From Auanema rhodensis (Eukaryota > Animalia > Nematoda), in NCBI GenBank assembly GCA_964057225.1, contig OZ059894.1:2604001-2668000 (forward strand): DNA of 64,000 nucleotides. Direction: 5' to 3'. The translations under genes were made by a program, and so were the position numbers. Under the pieces are notes generated by a model, which saw nothing but the letters and a program-made list of their open reading frames with translations, was not told the DNA's origin and did not search any database. Below, in pieces: positions 1 to 11,000 of the stretch; the first letter of the stretch is position 1, and every line of letters starts with the position of its first letter.

Positions 1-73
1 TTCAACGAAAAAATTAATTCTTCAGGGTGAAAATCGAGGATATAAGTGTGATTTTATATCAGTTGATATCTCG

Positions 74-143
74 GTGCATTTTTAAGCTAGCGCAAATCTG
101 ATAACACAGATCGACGCAGCTTAAAAATCCGCATCGAATGCAC
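74..143. repeat. Intra-monomer nested inverted repeat (long imperfect hairpin), present in essentially every monomer
   Basis: ATTTTTAAGCT (78-88) pairs perfectly with AGCTTAAAAAT (118-128). Inside are GCG/CGC (90-92/115-117) and ATCTG/CAGAT (96-100/107-111) around a 6-nt loop. An alternative outer pair is GTGCATT/AATGCAC (74-80/137-143). Confidence 0.9.
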
Positions 144-211
144 TATACTACATTGAGAAACGCTTAATACAAAAATTAGTTATGATCGTTTGAAAAATGA
201 TGCATTAGTGT

Positions 212-239
212 ATGTTGAGTTTCCATGTACACTCAACAT
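212..239. repeat. Intra-monomer inverted repeat, 9-bp arms with a 10-nt spacer
   Basis: ATGTTGAGT (212-220) is the exact reverse complement of ACTCAACAT (231-239). Confidence 0.9.
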
Positions 240-252
240 TGCTTCCAAAAAC

Positions 253-287
253 ATTTTGACAAAAATTTTTTCGAAAAATTTCAAAAT
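253..287. repeat. Intra-monomer AT-rich imperfect palindrome centred on TTCGAA
   Basis: Perfect 12-bp TTTTTCGAAAAA (267-278), flanked by ATTTTGA (253-259) and TCAAAAT (281-287). Confidence 0.85.
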
Positions 288-789
288 AATTTAGCAAAAA
301 GTAGATGTTTTTAGATTCCTTTTTTCAAGGCGAAGACGATGGACATTGTTATTCAACGAAAAAATTAATTCTTCAGGGTGAAAATCGAGGATATAAGTGT
401 GAACTTATATCAGTTGATATCTCGGTGCATTTTTAAGCTAGCGCAAATCTGATAACACAGATCGACGCAGCTTACAAATCCGCATCGAATGCACTATACT
501 ACATTGAGAAACGCCTAATACAAAAATTAGTTATGATCGTTTGAAAAATGATGCATTAGTGTATGTTGAGTTTCCATGTACACTCAACATTGCTTCCAAA
601 AACATTTTGACAAAAATTTTTTCGAAAAATTTCAAAATAATTTAGCGAAAAGTAGATGTTTTTAGATTCCTTTTTTCAAGGCAAAGACGATGGACATTGT
701 TATTCAACGAAAAAATTAATTCTTCAGGGTGAAAATCGAGGATATAAGTGTGAACATATATCAGTTGATATCTCGGTGCATTTTTAAGC

Positions 790-3650
790 TAGCGCAAATC
801 TGATAACACAGATCAACGCAGCTTACAAATCCGCATCGAATGCACTATACTACATTAAGAAACGCCTAATACAAAAATTAGTTATGATCGTTTGAAAAAT
901 GATGCATTAGTGTATGTTGAGTTTCCATGTACACTCAACATTGCTTCCAAAAACATTTTGACAAAAATTTTTTCGAAAAATTTCAAAATAATTTAGCAAA
1001 AAGTAGATGTTTTTAGATTCCTTTTTTCAAGGCAAAGACGATGGACATTGTTATTCAACGAAAAAATTAATTCTTCAGGGTGAACATCGAGGATATAAGT
1101 GTGAACTTATATCAGTTGATATCTCGGTGCATTTTTAAGCTAGCGCAAATCTGATAACACAGATCGACGCAGCTTAAAAATCCGCATCGAATGCACTATA
1201 CTACATTGAGAAACGCTTAATACAAAAATTAGTTATGATCGTTTGAAAAATGATGCATTAGTGTATGTTGAGTTTCCATGTACACTCAACATTGCTTCCA
1301 AAAACATTTTGACAAAAATTTTTTCGAAAAATTTCAAAATAATTTAGCAAAAAGTAGATGTTTTAAGATACCTTTTTTGAAGGCAAAGACGATGGACATT
1401 GTTATTCAACGAAAATATTATTTCTTCAGGGTGAAAATCGAGGATATAAGTGTGAACATATATCAGTTGATATCTCGGTGCATTTTTAAGCTAGCGCAAA
1501 TCTGATAACACAGATCGACGCAGCTTAAAAATCCGCATCGAATGCACTATACTACATTGAGAAACGCTCAATACAAAAATTAGTTATGATCGTTTGAAAA
1601 ATGATGCATTAGTGTATGTTGAGTTTCCATGTACACTGAACATTGCTTCCAAAAACATTTTGACAAAAATTTTTTCGGAAAATTTCGAGATAATTTAGCA
1701 AAAAGTAGATGTTTTTAGATTCCTTTTTTCAAGGCAAAGACGATGGACATTGTTATTCAACGAAAAAATTAATTCTTCAGGGTGAAAATCGAGGATATAA
1801 GTGTGAACATATATCAGTTGATATCTCGGTGCATTTTTAAGCTAGCGCAAATCTGATAACACAGATCAACGCAGCTTACAAATCCGCATCGAATGCACTA
1901 TACTACATTAAGAAACGCCTAATACAAAAATTAGTTATGATCGTTTGAAAAATGATGCATTAGTGTATGTTGAGTTTCCATGTACACTCAACATTGCTTC
2001 CAAAAACATTTTGACAAAAATTTTTTCGAAAAATTTCAAAATAATTTAGCAAAAAGTAGATGTTTTCAGATTCCTTTTTTCAAGGCAAAGACGATGGACA
2101 TTGTTATTCAACGAAAAAATTAATTCTTCAGGGTGAAAATCGAGGATATAAGTGTGAACTTATATCAGTTGATATCTCGGTGCATTTTTAAGCTAGCGCA
2201 AATCTGATAACACAGATCGACGCAGCTTAAAAATCCGCATCGAATGCACTATACTACATTGAGAAACGCTTAATACAAAAATTAGTTATGATCGTTTGAA
2301 AAATGATGCATTAGTGTATGTTGAGTTTCCATGTACACTCAACATTGCTTCCAAAAACATTTTGACAAAAATTTTTTCGAAAAATTTCAAAATAATTTAG
2401 CAAAAAGTAGATGTTTTAAGATACCTTTTTTGAAGGCAAAGACGATGGACATTGTTATTCAACGAAAATATTATTTCTTCAGGGTGAAAATCGAGGATAT
2501 AAGTGTGAACTTATATCAGTTGATAACTCGGTGCATTTTTAAGCTAGCGCAAATCTGATAACACAGATCGACGCAGCTTAAAAATCCGCATCGAATGCAT
2601 TATACTACATTGAGAAACGCTCAATACAAAAATTAGTTATGATCGTTTGAAAAATGATGCATTAGTGTATGTTGAGTTTCCATGTACACTCAACATTGCT
2701 TCCAAAAACATTTTGACAAAAATTTTTTCGGAAAATTTCGAGATAATTTAGCAAAAAGTAGATGTTTTTAGATTCCTTTTTTCAAGGCAAAGACGATGGA
2801 CATTGTTATTCAACGAAAAAATTAATTCTTCAGGGTGAAAATCGAGGATATAAGTGTGAACATATATCAGTTGATATCTCGGTGCATTTTTAAGCTAGCG
2901 CAAATCTGATAACACAGATCAACGCAGCTTACAAATCCGCATCGAATGCACTATACTACATTAAGAAACGCCTAATACAAAAATTAGTTATGATCGTTTG
3001 AAAAATGATGCATTAGTGTATGTTGAGTTTCCATGTACACTCAACATTGCTTCCAAAAACATTTTGACAAAAATTTTTTCGAAAAATTTCAAAATAATTT
3101 AGCAAAAAGTAGATGTTTTTAGATTCCTTTTTTCAAGGCAAAGACGATGGACATTGTTATTCAACGAAAAAATTAATTCTTCAGGGTGAAAATCGAGGAT
3201 ATAAGTGTGAACTTATATCAGTTGATATCTCGGTGCATTTTTAAGCTAGCGCAAATCTGATAACACAGATCGACGCAGCTTAAAAATCCGCATCGAATGC
3301 ACTATACTACATTGAGAAACGCTTAATACAAAAATTAGTTATGATCGTTTGAAAAATGATGCATTAGTGTATGTTGAGTTTCCATGTACACTCAACATTG
3401 CTTCCAAAAACATTTTGACAAAAATTTTTTCGAAAAATTTCAAAATAATTTAGCAAAAAGTAGATGTTTTAAGATACCTTTTTTGAAGGCAAAGACGATG
3501 GACATTGTTATTCAACGAAAATATTATTTCTTCAGGGTGAAAATCGAGGATATAAGTGTGAACTTATATCAGTTGATAACTCGGTGCATTTTTAAGCTAG
3601 CGCAAATCTGATAACACAGATCGACGCAGCTTAAAAATCCGCATCGAATG
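790..3650. repeat. Local 3-mer higher-order repeat (1053 bp), about 2.7 copies
   Basis: The variant GATCAACG...CTTACAAAT...CATTAAG occurs at 811, 1864 and 2917. The variant TTTTAAGATACC...TTTGAAGG recurs at the same 1053 spacing (ORF starts 1278, 2331, 3384). Boundaries are approximate. Confidence 0.88.
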
Positions 3651-3859
3651 CATTATACTACATTGAGAAACGCTTAATACAAAAATTAGTTATGATCGTT
3701 TGAAAAATGATGCATTAGTGTATGTTGAGTTTCCATGTACACTCAACATTGCTTCCAAAAACATTTTGACAAAAATTTTTTCGAAAAATTTCAAAATAAT
3801 TTAGCAAAAAGTAGATGTTTTTAGATTCCTTTTTTCAAGGCGAAGACGATGGACATTGT

Positions 3860-6800
3860 TATTCAACCAAAAATTTTTTTCTTCAGGGTGAAAATCGAGG
3901 ATATAAGTGTGAACTTATATCAGTTGATATCTCGGTGCATTTTTAAGCTAGCGCAAATCTGATAACACAGATCGACGCAGCTTAAAAATCCGCATCGAAT
4001 GCACTATTCTACATTGAGAAACGCTCAATACAAAAATTAGTTATGATCGTTTGAAAAATGATGCATTAGTGTATGTTGAGTTTCCATGTACACTCAACAT
4101 TGCTTCCAAAAACATTTTGACAAAAATTTTTTCGGAAAATTTCAAGATAATTTAGCAAAAAGTAGATGTTTTTAGATTCCTTTTTTCAAGGCAAAGACGA
4201 TGGACATTGTTATTCAACGAAAAAATTAATTCTTCAGGGTGAAAATCGAGGATATAAGTGTGAACATATATCAGTTGATATCTCGGTGCATTTTTAAGCT
4301 AGCGCAAATCTGATAACACAGATCGACGCAGCTTAAAAACCCGCATCGAATGCACTATACTACATTGAGAAACGCTCAATACAAAAATTAGTTATGATCG
4401 TTTGAAAAATGATGCATTAGTGTATGTTGAGTTTCCATGTACACTGAACATTGCTTCCAAAAACATTTTGACAAAAATTTTTTCGGAAAATTTCGAGATA
4501 ATTTAGCAAAAAGTAGATGTTTTTAGATTCCTTTTTTCAAGGCAAAGACGATGGACATTGTTATTCAACGAAAAAATTAATTCTTCAGGGTGAAAATCGA
4601 GGATATAAGTGTGAACATATATCAGTTGATATCTCGGTGCATTTTTAAGCTAGCGCAAATCTGATAACACAGATCGACGCAGCTTAAAAATCCGCATCGA
4701 ATGCACTATACTACATTGAGAAACGCTCAATACAAAAATTAGTTATGATCGTTTGAAAAATGATGCATTAGTGTATGTTGAGTTTCCATGTACACTCAAC
4801 ATTGCTTCCAAAAACATTTTGACAAAAATGTTTTCGAAAAATTTCAAAATAATTTAGCAAAAAGTAGATGTTTTTAGATTTCTTTTTTCAAGGCGAAGAC
4901 GATGAACATTGTTATTCAACGAAAAAATTAATTCTTCAGGGTGAAAATCGAGGATATAAGTGTGAACATATATCAGTTGATATCTCGGTGCATTTTTAAG
5001 CTAGCGCAAATCTGATAACACAGATCGACGCAGCTTAAAAATCCGCATCGAATGCACTATACTACATTGAGAAACGCTCAATACAAAAATTAGTTATGAT
5101 CGTTTGAAAAATGATGCATTAGTGTATGTTGAGTTTCCATGTACACTCAACATTGCTTCCAAAAACATTTTGACAAAAATTTTTTCGAAAAATTTCAAAA
5201 TAATTTAGCAAAAAGTAGATGTTTTTAGATTCCTTTTTTCAAGGCGAAGACGATGGACATTGTTATTCAACCAAAAATTTTTTTCTTCAGGGTGAAAATC
5301 GAGGATATAAGTGTGAACTTATATCAGTTGATATCTCGGTGCATTTTTAAGCTAGCGCAAATCTGATAACACAGATCGACGCAGCTTAAAAATCCGCATC
5401 GAATGCACTATTCTACATTGAGAAACGCTCAATACAAAAATTAGTTATGATCGTTTGAAAAATGATGCATTAGTGTATGTTGAGTTTCCATGTACACTCA
5501 ACATTGCTTCCAAAAACATTTTGACAAAAATTTTTTCGGAAAATTTCAAGATAATTTAGCAAAAAGTAGATGTTTTTAGATTCCTTTTTTCAAGGCAAAG
5601 ACGATGGACATTGTTATTCAACGAAAAAATTAATTCTTCAGGGTGAAAATCGAGGATATAAGTGTGAACATATATCAGTTGATATCTCGGTGCATTTTTA
5701 AGCTAGCGCAAATCTGATAACACAGATCGACGCAGCTTAAAAACCCGCATCGAATGCACTATACTACATTGAGAAACGCTCAATACAAAAATTAGTTATG
5801 ATCGTTTGAAAAATGATGCATTAGTGTATGTTGAGTTTCCATGTACACTGAACATTGCTTCCAAAAACATTTTGACAAAAATTTTTTCGGAAAATTTCGA
5901 GATAATTTAGCAAAAAGTAGATGTTTTTAGATTCCTTTTTTCAAGGCAAAGACGATGGACATTGTTATTCAACGAAAAAATTAATTCTTCAGGGTGAAAA
6001 TCGAGGATATAAGTGTGAACATATATCAGTTGATATCTCGGTGCATTTTTAAGCTAGCGCAAATCTGATAACACAGATCGACGCAGCTTAAAAATCCGCA
6101 TCGAATGCACTATACTACATTGAGAAACGCTCAATACAAAAATTAGTTATGATCGTTTGAAAAATGATGCATTAGTGTATGTTGAGTTTCCATGTACACT
6201 CAACATTGCTTCCAAAAACATTTTGACAAAAATGTTTTCGAAAAATTTCAAAATAATTTAGCAAAAAGTAGATGTTTTTAGATTTCTTTTTTCAAGGCGA
6301 AGACGATGAACATTGTTATTCAACGAAAAAATTAATTCTTCAGGGTGAAAATCGAGGATATAAGTGTGAACATATATCAGTTGATATCTCGGTGCATTTT
6401 TAAGCTAGCGCAAATCTGATAACACAGATCGACGCAGCTTAAAAATCCGCATCGAATGCACTATACTACATTGAGAAACGCTCAATACAAAAATTAGTTA
6501 TGATCGTTTGAAAAATGATGCATTAGTGTATGTTGAGTTTCCATGTACACTCAACATTGCTTCCAAAAACATTTTGACAAAAATTTTTTCGAAAAATTTC
6601 AAAATAATTTAGCAAAAAGTAGATGTTTTTAAATTCCTTTTTTCAAGGCGAAGACGATGGACATTGTTATTCAACCAAAAATTTTTTTCTTCAGGGTGAA
6701 AATCGAGGATATAAGTGTGAACTTATATCAGTTGATATCTCGGTGCATTTTTAAGCTAGCGCAAATCTGATAACACAGATCGACGCAGCTTAAAAATCCG

Positions 6801-6900
6801 CATCGAATGCACTATTCTACATTGAGAAACGCTCAATACAAAAATTAGTTATGATCGTTTGAAAAATGATGCATTAGTGTATGTTGAGTTTCCATGTACA
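3860..6900. repeat. Local 4-mer higher-order repeat (1404 bp), about 2 copies
   Basis: CAACCAAAAATTTTTTT at about 3864, 5268 and 6672; AAAACCCGC at about 4336 and 5740; AAAATGTTTTCG at about 4825 and 6229. Confidence 0.85.
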
Positions 6901-8909
6901 CTCAACATTGCTTCCAAAAACATTTTGACAAAAATGTTTTCGAAAAATTTCAAAATAATTTAGCAAAAAGTAGATGTTTTTAGATTTCTTTTTTCAAGGC
7001 GAAGACGATGAACATTGTTATTCAACGAAAAAATTAATTCTTCAGGGTGAAAATCGAGGATATAAGTGTGAACATATATCAGTTGATATCTCGGTGCATT
7101 TTTAAGCTAGCGCAAATCTGATAACACAGATCGACGCAGCTTAAAAATCCGCATCGAATGCACTATACTACATTGAGAAACGCTCAATACAAAAATTAGT
7201 TATGATCGTTTGAAAAATGATGCATTAGTGTATGTTGAGTTTCCATGTACACTCAACATTGCTTCCAAAAACATTTTGACAAAAATTTTTTCGAAAAATT
7301 TCAGAATAATTTAGCAAAAAGTAGATGTTTTTAGATTCCTTTTTTCAAGGCGAAGACGATGGACATTGTTATTCAACCAAAAATTTTTTTCTTCAGGGTG
7401 AAAATCGAGGATATAAGTGTGAACTTATATCAGTTGATATCTCGGTGCATTTTTAAGCTAGCGCAAATCTGATAACACAGATCGACGCAGCTTAAAAATC
7501 CGCATCGAATGCACTATACTACATTGAGAAACGCTCAATACAAAAATTAGTTATGATCGTTTGAAAAATGATGCATTAGTGTATGTTGAGTTTCCATGTA
7601 CACTCAACATTGCTTCCAAAAACATTTTGACAAAAATTTTTTCGAAAAATTTCAAAATAATTTAGCAAAAAGTAGATGTTTTTAGATTCCTTTTTTCAAG
7701 GCAAAGACGATGGACATTGTTATTCAACGAAAAAATTAATTCTTCAGGGTGAAAATCGAGGATATAAGTGTGAACTTATATCAGTTGATATCTCGGTGCA
7801 TTTTTAAGCTAGCGCAAATCTGATAACACAGATCGACGCAGCTTAAAAATCCGCATCGAATGCACTATACTACATTGAGAAACGCTCAATACAAAAATTA
7901 GTTATGATCGTTTGAAAAATGATGCATTAGTGTATGTTGAGTTTCCATGTACACTCAACATTGCTTCCAAAAACATTTTGACAAAAATTTTTTCGGAAAA
8001 TTTCAAGATAATTTAGCAAAAAGTAGATGTTTTTAGATTCCTTTTTTCAAGGCAAAGACGATGGACATTGTTATTCAACGAAAAAATTAATTCTTCAGGG
8101 TGAAAATCGAGGATATAAGTGTGAACATATATCAGTTGATATCTCGGTGCATTTTTAAGCTAGCGCAAATCTGATAACACAGATCGACGCAGCTTAAAAA
8201 TCCGCATCGAATGCACTATACTACATTGAGAAACGCTTAATACAAAAATTAGTTATGATCGTTTGAAAAATGATGCATTAGTGTATGTTGAGTTTCCATG
8301 TACACTCAACATTGCTTCCAAAAACATTTTGACAAAAATTTTTTCGGAAAATTTCAAGATAATTTAGCAAAAAGTAGATGTTTTTAGATTCCTTTTTTCA
8401 AGGCAAAGACGATGGACATTGTTATTCAACGAAAAAATTAATTCTTCAGGGTGAAAATCGAGGATATAAGTGTGAACATATATCAGTTGATATCTCGGTG
8501 CATTTTTAAGCTAGCGCAAATCTGATAACACAGATCGATGCAGCTTAAAAATCCGCATCGAATGCACTATACTACATTGAGAAACGCTCAATACAAAAAT
8601 TAGTTATGATCGTTTGAAAAATGATGCATTAGTGTATGTTGAGTTTCCATGTACACTCAACATTGCTTCCAAAAACATTTTGACAAAAATTTTTTCGGAA
8701 AATTTCAAGATAATTTAGCAAAAAGTAGATGTTTTTAGATTCCTTTTTTCAAGGCAAAGACGATGGACATTGTTATTCAACGAAAAAATTAATTCTTCAG
8801 GGTGAAAATCGAGGATATAAGTGTGAACATATATCAGTTGATATCTCGGTGCATTTTTAAGCTAGCGCAAATCTGATAACACAGATCGACGCAGCTTAAA
8901 AATCCGCAT

Positions 8910-11000
8910 CGAATGCACTATTCTACATTGAGAAACGCTCAATACAAAAATTAGTTATGATCGTTTGAAAAATGATGCATTAGTGTATGTTGAGTTTCCA
9001 TGTACACTCAACATTGCTTCCAAAAACATTTTGACAAAAATTTTTTCGGAAAATTTCAAGATAATTTAGCAAAAAGTAGATGTTTTTAGATTCCTTTTTT
9101 CAAGGCAAAGACGATGGACATTGTTATTCAACGAAAAAATTAATTCTTCAGGGTGAAAATCGAGGATATAAGTGTGAACATATATCAGTTGATATCTCGG
9201 TGCATTTTTAAGCTAGCGCAAATCTGATAACACAGATCGACGCAGCTTAAAAACCCGCATCGAATGCACTATACTACATTGAGAAACGCTCAATACAAAA
9301 ATTAGTTATGATCGTTTGAAAAATGATGCATTAGTGTATGTTGAGTTTCCATGTACACTGAACATTGCTTCCAAAAACATTTTGACAAAAATTTTTTCGG
9401 AAAATTTCGAGATAATTTAGCAAAAAGTAGATGTTTTTAGATTCCTTTTTTCAAGGCAAAGACGATGGACATTGTTATTCAACGAAAAAATTAATTCTTC
9501 AGGGTGAAAATCGAGGATATAAGTGTGAACATATATCAGTTGATATCTCGGTGCATTTTTAAGCTAGCGCAAATCTGATAACACAGATCGACGCAGCTTA
9601 AAAATCCGCATCGAATGCACTATACTACATTGAGAAACGCTCAATACAAAAATTAGTTATGATCGTTTGAAAAATGATGCATTAGTGTATGTTGAGTTTC
9701 CATGTACACTCAACATTGCTTCCAAAAACATTTTGACAAAAATGTTTTCGAAAAATTTCAAAATAATTTAGCAAAAAGTAGATGTTTTTAGATTTCTTTT
9801 TTCAAGGCGAAGACGATGAACATTGTTATTCAACGAAAAAATTAATTCTTCAGGGTGAAAATCGAGGATATAAGTGTGAACATATATCAGTTGATATCTC
9901 GGTGCATTTTTAAGCTAGCGCAAATCTGATAACACAGATCGACGCAGCTTAAAAATCCGCATCGAATGCACTATACTACATTGAGAAACGCTCAATACAA
10001 AAATTAGTTATGATCGTTTGAAAAATGATGCATTAGTGTATGTTGAGTTTCCATGTACACTCAACATTGCTTCCAAAAACATTTTGACAAAAATTTTTTC
10101 GAAAAATTTCAAAATAATTTAGCAAAAAGTAGATGTTTTTAAATTCCTTTTTTCAAGGCGAAGACGATGGACATTGTTATTCAACCAAAAATTTTTTTCT
10201 TCAGGGTGAAAATCGAGGATATAAGTGTGAACTTATATCAGTTGATATCTCGGTGCATTTTTAAGCTAGCGCAAATCTGATAACACAGATCGACGCAGCT
10301 TAAAAATCCGCATCGAATGCACTATTCTACATTGAGAAACGCTCAATACAAAAATTAGTTATGATCGTTTGAAAAATGATGCATTAGTGTATGTTGAGTT
10401 TCCATGTACACTCAACATTGCTTCCAAAAACATTTTGACAAAAATGTTTTCGAAAAATTTCAAAATAATTTAGCAAAAAGTAGATGTTTTTAGATTTCTT
10501 TTTTCAAGGCGAAGACGATGAACATTGTTATTCAACGAAAAAATTAATTCTTCAGGGTGAAAATCGAGGATATAAGTGTGAACATATATCAGTTGATATC
10601 TCGGTGCATTTTTAAGCTAGCGCAAATCTGATAACACAGATCGACGCAGCTTAAAAATCCGCATCGAATGCACTATACTACATTGAGAAACGCTCAATAC
10701 AAAAATTAGTTATGATCGTTTGAAAAATGATGCATTAGTGTATGTTGAGTTTCCATGTACACTCAACATTGCTTCCAAAAACATTTTGACAAAAATTTTT
10801 TCGAAAAATTTCAGAATAATTTAGCAAAAAGTAGATGTTTTTAGATTCCTTTTTTCAAGGCGAAGACGATGGACATTGTTATTCAACCAAAAATTTTTTT
10901 CTTCAGGGTGAAAATCGAGGATATAAGTGTGAACTTATATCAGTTGATATCTCGGTGCATTTTTAAGCTAGCGCAAATCTGATAACACAGATCGACGCAG
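8910..11000. repeat. Copy of block 5400-7500 displaced by 10 monomers (3510 bp)
   Basis: TTCTACATTG at 5411 and 8921, AAAACCCGC at about 5740 and 9250, TTTAAATTCC at about 6628 and 10138, and CAACCAAAA at about 7374 and 10884 are all shifted by 3510. Confidence 0.85.

Larger units (their letters stand above)
1..351. repeat. Representative monomer (arbitrary phase); one EcoRV (65-70), NheI (86-91), NsiI (200-205), BsrGI (226-231) and BstBI (270-275) site per consensus unit
   Basis: Read directly from the sequence; position 352 restarts the same sequence. Confidence 0.97.

Noticed and set aside
184-200. CENP-B-box-like motif GATCGTTTGAAAAATGA
   Set aside because: It has about 11/17 identity to the canonical box but lacks the essential TTCG and CGGG core positions, so it is plausibly chance.
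1-351. Monomer as an ancient dimer of about 175-bp subunits
   Set aside because: Only short AT-rich matches at inconsistent offsets are visible by eye. A sensitive self-alignment would be needed to test this.
1-351. Tandem 5S rRNA, tRNA, snRNA or spliced-leader gene array
   Set aside because: No recognisable 5S, tRNA cloverleaf or SL sequence, and GC is low. An Rfam cmscan would be the decisive check.
1-351. Assignment to a named satellite (Drosophila 1.688, Tribolium TCAST) or to a MITE/Helitron
   Set aside because: Only length and composition are similar. I cannot recognise sequence homology, terminal inverted repeats or target-site duplications.
1278-3611. Three 75-aa ORFs (MYTQHCF...)
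   Set aside because: They are open only because a variant (TTTTAG to TTTAAG) removes the stop present in nearly all other monomers. Their spacing simply reflects the 3-mer duplication, and the K/F/I-rich translation mirrors the A/T tracts.
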